Part shown: positions 1 through 13,545 of the stretch, in pieces
Numbering within the stretch: the stretch's first letter is position 1
Layout: every line of letters begins with the position of its first letter
Assembly: GCA_012295275.1 (NCBI GenBank)
Contig: CM022679.1
Coordinates: forward strand, 2,728,001-2,792,000
DNA length: 64,000 nucleotides
Origin: Chrysomallon squamiferum
Lineage: Eukaryota; Animalia; Mollusca
Direction of reading: 5' to 3'
The notes under the pieces: generated by a model
Told to the model about the DNA's origin: nothing
What the model saw: the letters and a program-made list of their open reading frames with translations, nothing else
Database searches by the model: none
Made by a program: the position numbers and the translations under genes

Positions 1-528
1 GACTAATAAGTGTGCCATAAATGATTTTATTTATTTATAAAAACAACTGGAGATAGCTAGACAAAAAATTGTTAAACAGGAATCTATCCTGACAAATAGG
101 TTACACAATCAGCTAATTTGATTTTTACTGGGTATCATGTCCTCAAACATCTGGAGAAAAGTTCATATTTATGTAATTTTTATCTCATGTTTTATTTTAT
201 ATCAATTCTTTCAGCATTTTATCAACCATAATATTAGAAAATTCTGATGTCACATTTATTATTTCAGTCCAGAGAGGAGATATTTTATTGAAATATCTAA
301 AATGTTTTATTTCATCACAGTTCTCCATTATATCAGCAACCATAATCATCAAGAAATTTTTCTGTTACATTTGTTACTTTAGTTTCAGTGAGAATTAATA
401 TCTTAAAGATATCGTAATTTTTGTTTTTTTCTAGCAGTTCCCTCAGTTCAACAGAAGTGAAAATCATCATGATATTATTAATTTAGTTTCAGCATAATAC
501 ATTTTTAAATTTTATTTTGTATTTGTAG

Positions 529-3500
529 CAAATCCCACATCGTATCAGCAATCAGAATCAGCAGGAGATACTGCAGTTGTTGTGTCGAGTACATCAACTT
601 GAGATTGAAAACCTCGAGGCAAAGTCTGTCAGTCTTCTGCGAGATTTCCAGATCAAAAAGAAAGACATGGTCATCACCCGATTTAAACATCATCGCAATC
701 TCTGTTATGACATTATCAAACAACAGCAACAGATTATAGAAGGTACACTTTGAAAAATCCCTTCAGAATATTTGTATTAATAAGAAAATATTAAACATTA
801 TTTTGATGGTGAGAATAAATAAATAGCAGTAAATAAATAGCATATGATCAACACTACAGAAACAGATATATCTAAACAATATAGTTAATATACATGTATA
901 CTCATATCTAAACAATATAGTTAATATCCATATATACTCATATCTAAACAACATATTTAGTATACCCTATAATATACACATGGTTAAATCAAATATGTTA
1001 ATTAAAATCAATTTCAGATCACAATATAATTGTACCAAAAGAGTTGGAAGAACTATACGCTGTTTACAAATTGGAAAAAGATGACAAGATTCTTAATGGA
1101 GATGAACCAGGGTCATCACCAAAGGTAAAGTTTTAATTTTTGTCTGCTGTTTATTTCTGAGAGTCAGCAGTTTTATAATACACAGGTCACAAATATTAAA
1201 TCAGTCAATATTTTGTCATAAGTCTTTGTTTTTAAATATTAAAAAGTATTAAAACATTTTCTTTCACTTATTGGATTTTTAAAATATTGTCATGCACATT
1301 TACATATAAATACAAGTAATACACAAACACAGTTTGAAATAATAATATGGTTTACATGTTAAAATAGCTGTTACTCTTTTTTATAAACATAACAATATCT
1401 GGTATAATTTCAGTCTGGGATTCCAGTTCGACAAGGCAGCAGTCTCACAGATTCATCAGGGTCAGTTCTATTTTACAGCAAAGTTTTGTTAATATTTCTT
1501 AAGATTTTGCAGTATTTATATTTGTTGCATTAGGTGGAGTGTATTAATATATTTTTTATGAAGATAGTTTCAACAAAAGAAACTATGTGAAGTATAGATA
1601 TAACATTTTATTTTATTTGAGTGAACAAAATTGCCAGACATTTTGAATTCTCTCAAAAGATAAGGTGATAAAATGAAGATAATGTCTGTAATTTCATCTA
1701 ATAATATTAAGTATAATAACAATTTATAGTTGTAGAAGAAGCAGTGATTATAATAATAATAATAATAACAGCAACAGCAATAGCAATGGAAATATAGATA
1801 TTTAATGGTAATAATAGCAATAAAACGTTGTTAATAACAAATCCTGCAGTAACAAATGTTATGTTTTTCAGAATGGACAATGGGAAAATATTCACACAAA
1901 GTGCTAAAGCCAGACAGCTACAAGAATGTCAGACACTGAGTGGCGTCTGGAACAACTACTTACTCGGTGGTGAACGTGAGATCCCATCATCGTTGGTGTC
2001 ATCGCAGCAGTCGTTTGAGGATCGGACACTAATTAGCACAAATACTCGCAACATTGCAGCACTGGCTGCAAAAAAGCGAACAAAAGTTCACAATGACTTG
2101 CTGAACACAGAAAAACAGTTCAGTCGAAGTCTGTACCGGCCCCTGCCAGACATCAAAGACGAGCCTGTGCTGACTCCGAGCAGACTGGCCAAACATAACA
2201 AGACATTCACAGACTCAGCGGTCGCCCAGCCGCAGAGCGAGGACGAGCTGTCGCTGGTGTTGTCTGAGAAAGTCAGCGAGCACACGGAAGTCAGCCTGCC
2301 ACCGATTAACGGGATGGAAGAAAAGTACCGGGCAGGAGTGAAAAAACCCACAAAACAAGAGACTGAACTGAAACGCAAGAAACGAGGAAGAGTTGATAAC
2401 AGTTACTCACAGCAGGTTTGTTTTTTAATTGTTTTAATTATAACTGAGTTGATAACAGTTACACACAGCAGGTTTTTTGTTTTTTTATTGTTTTAATTAT
2501 AACTGAGTTGATAACAGTTACAGCAAGTTTTTTTTTTATTGTTTTAATTATAACTGAGTTGATAACAGTTACACACAGCAGGTTTTTTTTTTATTGTTTT
2601 ATTTATAACTGAGTTGATAATAATTTCACACAACAGGTTTGTAGTCATTTATTTTTATTTTTTTAATGCTTTTTTCTGGGGAGGGGTTGTTATTTTGTTT
2701 TAAAACTTTTAATAATATGTCTTGATTTAATTATAACTGAGTTCATACGCAACAAATTTTTAACTTTGATTTTATTTTTTATAAATATATACTTACCTTA
2801 TACAACATAAATAACTGAAATTATATATAATATAATCAAAGAATAATAATGTGTACATTGATTACTCCATCTGTTTGTTTATTTTCAGGTTACCAAGGTG
2901 TCAACAAAGAAAAATACTTCAACCAACAATGGAAATAAAAATGGTGGACGAAGAAGAACAAAACCAGATAAATGTATTTATTTTAATATTTTATATTTCT
3001 TTATGACACAGGAGAACTTAATAAAACATACATTCGGAGAAATAATTATAATCATAAAAACATATTATGGAAAGTGAATTAAATAGGCTGTTATTAAATT
3101 TTATAACAATGATATTGATATTGGTAAGTTTTTGGTATTTTGTAATTTCATTTTAAATGATGAAATATTGGCAAAAACAAATATAATTTCACTTAATATT
3201 CTTATTAAATTTAAAAGTCTTGAATTTGAGAAGATGATGTCTATCATTAATAGTTTTGATTTAAATTGTCAGTATTTATCAACATACTTGGAATAATTAT
3301 AATACATACTGTATTTTTTCAAACACTGCTGGATTGGTGGATCTGACAATGTAAGAAATATGAATCATTGTACTTACAGGCATATGTGTTTTGTTTTGTG
3401 TATTGTGTGTGTGTTAGAGAGAGAAATAGGCTGTGTTTGAGAGTACAGCAGTATTTTTTAATTGTTTATTTATTTATTTTTATGTTTCAGTGCCCACATC

Positions 3501-3621
3501 TGACTCCTCTAATGTGAGTACACCACAGACAAAAACTAACGAGAAAAAAGTCCTTCCCACAATTCCCACTTATCGCCGTGGAGATATAGCTGTTATGGGT
3601 TTCAGTTTACCAAGATATTAA
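529..3621 (+). CDS. KIF19: Kinesin-8 family protein KIF19, C-terminal exons (motor domain lies upstream of the window)
   Basis: GT-AG exons with consistent phases: 529-742, 1018-1124, 1414-1460, 1872-2415, 2889-2973, 3491-3621 (TAA). The translation QIPHRISNQNQQEILQLLCRVHQLEIENLEAKS...HRNLCYDIIKQQQQIIEDHNIIVPKELEELY matches the recalled KIF19 coiled-coil (LPRRI..EQREVLSLLCRVHELEVEN...HRSLCDEII..Q.QIIDDYNL.VP..LEELY). Confidence 0.85.
2388..2642. repeat. ~51-59-bp tandem repeat, 5 units, containing the KIF19 exon end and donor
   Basis: gagttgataacagttac(a/t)cacagcaggttt...ttattgttttaattataact repeated at ~2389, 2446, 2505, 2556 and 2611. Confidence 0.9.
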
Positions 3622-6600
3622 AAAAAAAAAGTGCCATCTGCTTAACTATATGAAGACGTTTGACTTCCATTAAGAAATGAAAATAATACTTTCCTGACAA
3701 CTTTTGAAATGTATGACAATAGTCATATTGTGGCTTTCATTCAGTTTATTGGATCTGTTATGCATGAGTTAAATATATAAACTTAGCTTTTTTTTTTTTA
3801 GTTAATATTGTAAGTTTATTATGTCAGCAAAATAATTAGATATATATATATAAAGTTTAAATACAAATTTTGAAATATGTTTTAAAAAAAATTTGATTAG
3901 TGAAGTGTATAAAAGGAGACAAAAATTTAAAAAACATTAAAAAAATCACCACAAAAAATGTTTATTATACTTTATTAGAGAAAAAAGAATAATATTTTGC
4001 AGTTTATTTATTTTGGCAAAAAAGCAAAAAATTTTGTTTTGTAGATTAAAAATCATTTCTCTGTTTTTTGTGACCAGAATCAATGTGGAATTTTTTTCAG
4101 CATCATTTATAAATGATTATGTTTCATAAAAACTCAAAAGAAATATTGTTGTACATTTAATTTACCATGACTTGAATTATCAGTTTTAGTCATGTTAGTA
4201 TTAATTTATTTTTTAAAAACTTTTAATGTAGAATTTTTGAATTCATTATTAAAACAGGAAAGTGATCTCTTAGTTCTACATAAATATTTAAAAAAAAAAT
4301 TATTACCATCTTATGTTGGTTCTTACAAATGGAATAATTTAAGAATTTTTGATATTAGAATTGTATTTATTTTGTTTTCTTAATTTCATAGTAATAATTT
4401 CAAATAAAAATTAAAGGCTTTAATTTATTTTTGTTTAATAAAATTTTGAAGAAATGCAAGTCTGAAATGAATAGTGACAACAGTTTTTTTTGTTGTTGTT
4501 TCATGCTAATTGTTATTCTTTTTTTTTTTCCTTGCCATATTTTGGATATGCAGTTATAACCAAAATTATTGCATTGGTCTGTGGATGTAACTGTCACTGT
4601 TACAGTCACTAAATGTGATTATGTTGCACATGGATATTAAAAATGTTCCCTTTTGGCTTGGAAAATCTAAACAATGCACAATAAATGGACTTTTGTTATT
4701 GGATGGAAAACTCTGAACTAGCCAATCAAAATAGAGAATAAATCTGTGACATAGAACGCAGAAGAAACAATTGTTTAACAACTTTTTATATATCCTATCC
4801 ATTACAATGCAGAATTTGGATAATACTGAAATCTTGTCACAACTGAAAGGGTTAATATAAATATTGCTTGGTGTAGTCTGCTTCTCTCATCCAGCACAAA
4901 GATTTTTTTTTTTTATTTTTTTTTTTTTTTTTTACCATTTGAAGAAATCATATCAGTGTCTTCATTGTCTGGGGGGTTTGTAAACTTTTTTCTTCATTCT
5001 AATCCATGTCATATCTAACAAACAATTTATTACAGTAAAGACTGATGTGAAAAACAGGGTAGAGTGATTTATGTATTTTTTTGGCAGATGTTTTCTTGTT
5101 AATATCATTACTAAAATGTAATAACAATGATGATGATGATGATAACAATATAAATAAAGGCAGCAGAAAAACGTTTTAATTAAATTTTAATTTAAAAAAG
5201 AAAAAAGAAAAAAAAAAATTCATTTACATAAATGTGTGTTAAAACATACCTGTACAAAAATAAAGGCAACATTTCTTTAAATATACCTGCAAAACTATTT
5301 CATGTGTTTCTCATTATGCATATCTTTGTGAATCTTGTAAATATTCATATAATTTTAAAATACATAAAATCTCAAACTGCTTGGATTAACATACCAGAAT
5401 CTCTGTGCTGTTGGTTGAAATACATTGCACTAATAATTTTAATTTATTATATTTATTCATAACATTTAAACAACTTTATAATTATGTTTCATTTAATGCT
5501 AATACTGTGATATTTTATTAAAACTAATTTTATAAAAAAAACATTCTACCTGTATATTTATTATTTCTTGATATTATCATTTTTGTTTAATGTAAATATA
5601 CATGAATGCATATTATTGTCATCTTATTGTCCTTATTTTTCAATAAACATGTGAACTTTTTAAATATTTTCTGATACACTGGGACTTGGTTACTGTTGGA
5701 AGAAAGCTTTAAAAACAAAATAATGTTTTTTTTTGTTGTTTTTTTCTTTTACATTGATAAGCAGTACAAACAAAATACATCAACAATTACAGAACTGTTG
5801 TATTTTGAACTGTTGCTACATACATAAATCATATCAGAATTGAATAAAAAGAATTTCAAGTCATGTATATAAAAGATTTTAAATTGTTTATGTTTTTTAC
5901 AATCAATTTTGTCTGTTTTGATTGTTCATTGGACTGATCTTAATGGCATTTTTGTTTTTTCTTCAGGATATTAAATTTATTTTTTCATCTTTTAAAACAG
6001 ATTTCATTTGCATAATGGATTTAACGGTGGACATTATTATTTTATTAAAGGTTATAATATCAAATCCAAATTATTTTCCAAAAGTGTCTGAAACAAAATT
6101 AAAATCTAATAAACCAGTAAAACGTGGTCTTGCCTGACAGTAACAGATGTCTTATTATCCAATCAAAAATAATGTTATGATTCCAACTGATTAGTAAAAT
6201 CTTGTTTTGCATAATGTTGTGTTTGTAAGTTTGTCATCAATTAATGGTTTTAAATTTCTCTTTTTAGTCAACACATGGTGCAGACTGAATACGTAACCAT
6301 TTTCTTTTTCTTTTTTAAATCAATATTGTAATTCTTTTTTTATTTAAAATCAAACTACTCATAAAAACTGTTGAATATCAATGTTGTCTCATGAAGGAAC
6401 ATTTTAATTTAATTTTTTATTTATAGTAAAATTTAGTTATTGATGAATCATCTTAAACCTGATTAGAGATAAATCTTATTGATTTTACTCTTGAAATAGT
6501 TTTTTTTTTTTTTTTTTTTTTTTATATGATCAGTGATGAAAATATAAAAGTGTGTACCTACTTTTTAGTTCCCAGAGATCTTTGATATTCAGCTTTATTA

Positions 6601-9600
6601 GTAATGGAGAATTTTATCAATTTATCAAGTGTCTATCAACTAAATTATATTTTTGTAATACAGGAATAAATACTTTATTTCTAATAGTTACTGTAGTTGA
6701 ATCTTGTATTAATTCCTAAAATACCTCTCCTTTGCTGCTTATAGCAGAAACTTTTTAAAATTAACAGTAATAATACTGAACCATGTGACAGGATAATGAG
6801 ATGGAAAAAAAAAAGATTTTTTAATAACAAAAAATAATTCTGGTATTATTTATGTGTGGAAAATTATTAATATCGGATTAGCAATCACTTGTTTGATGTC
6901 ACTGAAAAAGTCTATTCAGGTTAAGCAAAAAAGTTTTAAAAGTCTAAAAAGCAGTTTAAACAGACCACATAAAGCCACACTAACATTCATCACACCCAAA
7001 CACATACATGCCCACATACAAAGCTTATTTCAGCATTTCACATAAACTTAATTGTTTTTTTGTTTTTTTAAATATTGCTTTGCAAAAATCTGCTTACAAT
7101 TCCTTTCATATCATTTATATACTTTGCATTGTTGTAAAAGAAAAATACACTTAAGACTGGGTCAAAGATTTAACTGACATAATTTTGATTTGCTTTAAAA
7201 TGTGTACTTTTTTTTATAAACTAACATTTGTTGGTAAATCTTTGACATGAATTGACCTTGCAATAAAAGAAAATGGACACCAGTTTGAGTTAGAGTTTTA
7301 ATTGCTGGCCTTTGTTAAGGGTCTGTTCTTTATATGTATATTTTTTATTTCATTTTTTATTTTTTTAAATTATTTCAATGAGTTTGTCTTGCTTTAACAG
7401 CAAAAAAACAACAAAAAAGTTGCATATAAAATAATAAATGAATATATATAAAAATTATTTGGACAACTAAAACTAGTCCTGTAGTAAACTTAGAAAGATG
7501 ACATTGCTTTCTTAGAGGAAGCTGTTTATAATTGACAGAACAAGTCATAGCTTGGTTGCATCAGGTTTACTTTCTTTTAATCATCTTTATATGAACATCG
7601 AAAAAAACTGTTTTAATCCTATTAACATCACTCTTTAAGAGCAGTTTATTTGCCTTAGTCAAATTCAAAACAAAATTTTCTCTAATTATTTGACCTTGTT
7701 TATTGTGGTGCATGTGCATAACTCAGATATGATGAACAACTCAAATACAGCATTAACACCAAATACTAAACTTTAGTACATCATTTATCTTTGGAATGAA
7801 CTAAACTGTTTAAGCTTTATTATTAGTATTATTATTATTATTACTTTAAATCAAATAAATATTTCTGGCAATACAATAAAACAAATACCTTCTGTATAAC
7901 AGAAATAATTTTATTTATCTCAGTTTCACTATACATGTATAATATATTTTTGTGTTGATATCATGCACATTAAACACATTAGCAATCAAAACTTTAACAA
8001 ATCACAAATGTATTTACACAATGACAATAGAGTGTCAGATATATATTATAAAACAAAAAAATCTATTTTTTTAATAGAAAACACTTATTTTGGCACCAAT
8101 GTCTGTCCACAATTTTGTTGTTTACAAATGAACTGACTTATTATATATAAAAATATGTACATAAAATTATTCTCTTTTACTTTAAAAGCCTGATAAAGAA
8201 CAAATACATATATCATAAAATACAAACAGAAAAGAAACTAAAAATAAGATGTTTATGTTTGTTTTGTAATTCAAGTAATTTATAGTAATTCAAATAATTA
8301 TTAACAATTACAAACTAATGAAATGACTCATATCAACATACATAAGGAATAAAACACTAACATAGCTTCAAATCAAACATAATATTACATAAAATATAGT
8401 ACACAAACATACACAGAGAATGTCTTTTATTTTTTTTTACATTCAGTTATTACAACCTTTGATTAAAACTGGTTATTTGTAAATGTATGAAACCAAATGA
8501 AAATACACCTGTTTTGTCCAAGTATGAAATCACAAATTCAAAATAACAGTCCATTTAAAATAGCTATTTGTACATGCAAAATGAAAATTCAAAATACATC
8601 TGGGTATTAACTATTTCACATTACACTTAAACAAATAACACAGAGGTAATAAATCAGTAGTTCAAATAAACATTTTATCTCAAATATCAACTATTTTACA
8701 ATGAATCAATATTTGTATTCCACACAAATATAAACATTTTACCATCATTCAGTCTTAGAATATTTACATAACTAGATTATTTAAAATGAAATAAATGAGA
8801 CAGCTATTGCTCTTTAAAATATACATGAATATTCAAACAGAAAAAGAAAGTTAAAAAGTTAAAATACTATAAAATCACCAGATGATAAAAAGAAATGTTG
8901 TAAAATATAAAGTAAACGTATAAAAATTGTGAAATAAACAGAAAAATTTTAATATACATTTATTACAAGGTTTAAAACAGTGTAAAAATATTTCTATATT
9001 TTATAACTAATATTCAATTTCGTTTTAATTACTTTTTAATTTTGAAGTTTAATTACTACAAATCTAGGCCTTTTTTTAATCTATTTTTTGTTTTTCCTAT
9101 TTTTAAATAATTACATTTATTATTCATCATTTGACTGAAGTATATCTGAATTTAATAAATATGTGTATATATTTTATTAAATATATTTGTCATGGTTTAC
9201 AAGTATTAATAAAGTATTACAAAATGATCACAGCATTGTTGTACACAGTTTTTGATTATGCACAGTTTATAAATAATAGTACATTATTTTTAAATTAATA
9301 TCTTTTAAGACTGAATTAAATATTAAAATATTTTCTTAAGAATATTTTTATATTTACCCAATTTTTACTAGTTTAAAAAATTTAAATTTAAGGTAACTGT
9401 GTTTTATAAACATACTTATTTATTAATTAAAAACATAATACATGAACTGTTGTTATCAAACATTAATTTGGTATTTTTACTGATTAAAATGATTGCATTT
9501 CTCTGTAATTCAAATTAAATTAACAGATATTTTTAAAACTTCATCCCAAATATAAATTTAAAAAGAGTGCAGACTAATTTATGAACTGTACAGAATCAAA

Positions 9601-9650
9601 AATGAGCCAACATAATTTTTTTTCTTATTTTTTTTATATCAAAATTTTCA

Positions 9651-10383
9651 TCATCTGACAAGAGGATCCAGTCTCAGTTTTTGTAATCGAAGTTCCTCCT
9701 GTAAATGAATAAATATGTATATATTCAAATAAATATTTAATACAGAGAAAAACAGACAAACAGAGAAAGAGAGACAGACAAAGAGATAAAGAGACAAAGA
9801 TGCACAGAGGGAAATATAAATAGATAAACAGATAGAAAAGATTGAAGTAAAACAAATAATTATGACACTTATATAAAATAAAATAATATACCTTGTGTAC
9901 AAAAAAATACATCATAAAATCTTTTGAAAATAAATAATATGAATGAATAAATAAATAACTAGATAAATAATAATAAAAAATAAGTCAGAAATGAAAAATT
10001 AAATAAAGTTAAATAAATGAACTTTAAAATATTATAAAATAAACTGAACCAAAAATTCACTAAAATATTTTTTTTTTTTAAAAGAATAAAAGACAAAAAA
10101 TTAACTAACTAAATGTTGTGTTTCAATGAAAAAACACTAATTACATGAACAGAATTTAAGGATGTTAAGACATGCAAATTACAAATTTATAAAAAAACAA
10201 AAACATAATAAATAAATAAATAAATTCTTACTGTCATTGGGTAATCATGAACAAGCAATCCAGCTGTTCGGCCAAATCCATGCTCCGCCTCATTCAGTTT
10301 GATTGACAGATCACCTTTTTCTTTACCCCACATACGAGCATTTTCCATCAGCTGTAGAAATAATAAACTAATATATATTCTTC

Positions 10384-10465
<82 letters not shown>

Positions 10466-13462
10466 TTCAAATTATCCTCAGCTCTTTTATCTAAATTCAC
10501 AACCCATGAAAGTTAAAATGAATTAACTACATGCTTTAAGAGTAAGTAAGTATAACAAAATCAATTTTGTTTGTGTAAAGGTTAATTCAAACTATTTACT
10601 TAAACTGATTTTAAAATTCTGTAAATCTAACACTAGGTACCCCTGCACTTACCTGTTTCTCTAACGACATTATTCGCCCCTCTGCTCGTTCAAGTGCCTG
10701 ATACAGTTCTAGTTTCTCTAAATCCTCTCCACTTCGACCTGCTCTCTTCAGCTGTTCCTAGATTAATAAATAAATCAGTGAAAGATTATACGAATGAACG
10801 AATAGATAAATGAAATAATATTTAATTATTGAATTCATTAAGTCAGTGGCTGTTTAGGTATCACAGATGTTCTTGTACATAGTAGCATGAGAAAAGAAAC
10901 ACTGTCATTAATTTTAATGTTTTATACCTATTGATTAAAAGCAAAGGATTTTATATGGATTTTCCACAGATAGGACACAGACTATGAAAAAAAAATAATA
11001 ATAATAATTATTTTTAAAGTTTTATTCAGTAAGAATTGTTAACAAAATATGCAAACAATAATACACATATTATTATATAAAATGATTATGTTTAAAGATT
11101 ATATCTGGGCTCATTCTAACTTCAACATATTTTCTAAGTAGAGAGGGAGCTAACTCTAACTCATATTATTATATTATTTTATAATTCCTTACCGTCAGAT
11201 CTACAATGGTTGCTCGCAGTCTTCTGTTTTCTTCCGTCAAGGCATCCTTTATCTCCTGTCCAACATTGTCTACAATGATTTAAGCTTTAAAATTATTTTT
11301 AAAGTTTTATTCAACAAGAGTTGTTAACAAAATATGCAAACTATAAAACCAAAAAATATTCATAATTAAACGAAATCTCGATTCAGTTTAAACATGATCT
11401 AAACAGGACATTTTCATAAACAACATACATTCTTAATATATATATTAAAAATATTGGATTAGATAAATGTTTACCACTAATAAAAACAGGTTAAATGAAT
11501 ATATATAATTTCTGTTTTTGGCCAAAGAATGTCAATGTCAATGTTTATATCAAACGTTTTGTTTATTTACTTTTCTACAATTATTTTGACCAGTTTAAAT
11601 CCATTCTCAAATTTCATATTTTAACATCTATATAGCAAATATTATGAATTTTCTGTTAATTATAAACTGTCCAAGTACAAATAAATAATTTTTTTTTTTT
11701 AAAACTACACCATCTGACACAGAAACAAATATTTTATGTTTTACTTTTGAACAATTATTATATTAATAATAACATTGAGTAAACAAATACAAATTTTAAA
11801 TTTATTATTCTATAATGTTCACCATTCTTCGGCTGTCCACGCAATCTGGAAACGAGTCTTTCCAGTCTCTCGATAACCCGCTCCTGTTTGCGACATGCCT
11901 CCTCCAGCTTGGCTAACTTTCTCGCCTTCTCCTGCAGTCGCTGCAACAGCTCCTGCTGTGAGGAGTGAGCCTGATTCATCTTCAGATACTCCTTTTCTCT
12001 GTCGTTTTTCTAAAAGTTTAAATTATCTAACACTGCACAAAATGAATCAAAGTATTTTCTATGATTTTAAATTATGATTTATTCTTTAATCTACCACATA
12101 AAATTTATTTATGTAGCCTGTATCTGTGTATGCACAGGTAGATATATTGATATAAACATATACATACACGTGTGTCTGTGTGTGTATATAAATATATATA
12201 TATGTGCATAATAAATATAAACACATACACACACATGCACACACATACACATTTGCACACATTCATCACCTTATAAATGAATAGTAACTATATTATAGTA
12301 AACTGTACACTATGACCTCATGGAAGAGTTAGTATGTACTTCAGTCATTTTACTGAAGCTATACAAGTTATCACAGTGAGGACTGATATGGTACATTACA
12401 ATACCATTTAAAGAAAACTTACTTTAATCAGTTCATTCTGAAGTTTCTGAACCTTGTCTTTGTATGCTTTAAGATCAGAGGTCTGCATAGTCAGTTTTTG
12501 TTTCAGGGCCGCTGTGAAAAAAACATTTTAAAAATAGTTATTAGACATATTAACTAGTTGACTATACAAACTAACTGAAAACAAATGAATGAATGAATAT
12601 GTAATAACATCTCAGCATATTTTATCAATGCTTGTTAGATATTAAATTTATACAGTTTTTATGCAACCTAACAAAAAGAAATATGTCTTCTGTTTTGTGT
12701 GATAAATCTATGACATTTCTCTTCTTGATTTCTTCTTGTGCAGAATAAAGACAGCTTGATATCTTTCACCATCTTCTTTTGTATTTCAGTTCAAACTCCA
12801 TCAATCTCTGGACCCTTTCTTCTGATTAGCAGCAATGGATGTTTTATATACACCACCCCATAAACAGGAAATAACATTTTTTTATCTTTGATAAACAAGT
12901 TATAGAGCACTGCCTATAAACAAAGACAGTTAGTCCTCATAATTCTTTTGAAGAAAATAAAAAATTAATCATCAAAAAATAAGAAAAACAATTTTTTTTT
13001 TTTTTAAATCATTTCTAGGAACTCAAGAAGAACATTTTTGACTCTAAGGCTTATACAGATAGCTTGTTCTAAATGAGTAATTTATCAAAGTTTACCATAT
13101 CGTGCAGCCAAATCTTCTTTACTAAGTCCATCTGCCTCAGTGGAGTCTATGATAAGCCTGGTGGTGTTGTTGTAGTGGTGTAGGTCAGTGCGGAGGTGGC
13201 TGTTCTTTGTCTCAAGGTCTCGGATTGTCTGTCGAAGGACGAGGATGTCCTGACCCATTCTGTGTACAGCAGAACGGTAGTTGTCCAAATCCTTTGACTG
13301 TCTGTCGATCATCACGTACGATGTCGCATCCAAGTCTTCAGGTATTCTGTATGTTGTTGTGTTATTCCTTCTGTAATAATGATAATAATAACATAATGAT
13401 ATTGATAATAATAATAATATTTATCTTCATACTAATAACAATAATAACCATCCTAAATATGA

Positions 13463-13545
<83 letters not shown>

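Noticed and set aside
38-99. Possible additional KIF19 exon (KQLEIARQKIVKQESILT)
   Set aside because: No clear acceptor or phase match within the window; cannot be supported.
2088-2378. Antisense ORFs over real exons (also 505-729, 23957-24349, 44512-44898, 57663-57890, 58489-58710, 61110-61313)
   Set aside because: Shadow frames of coding exons with no independent coding signal.
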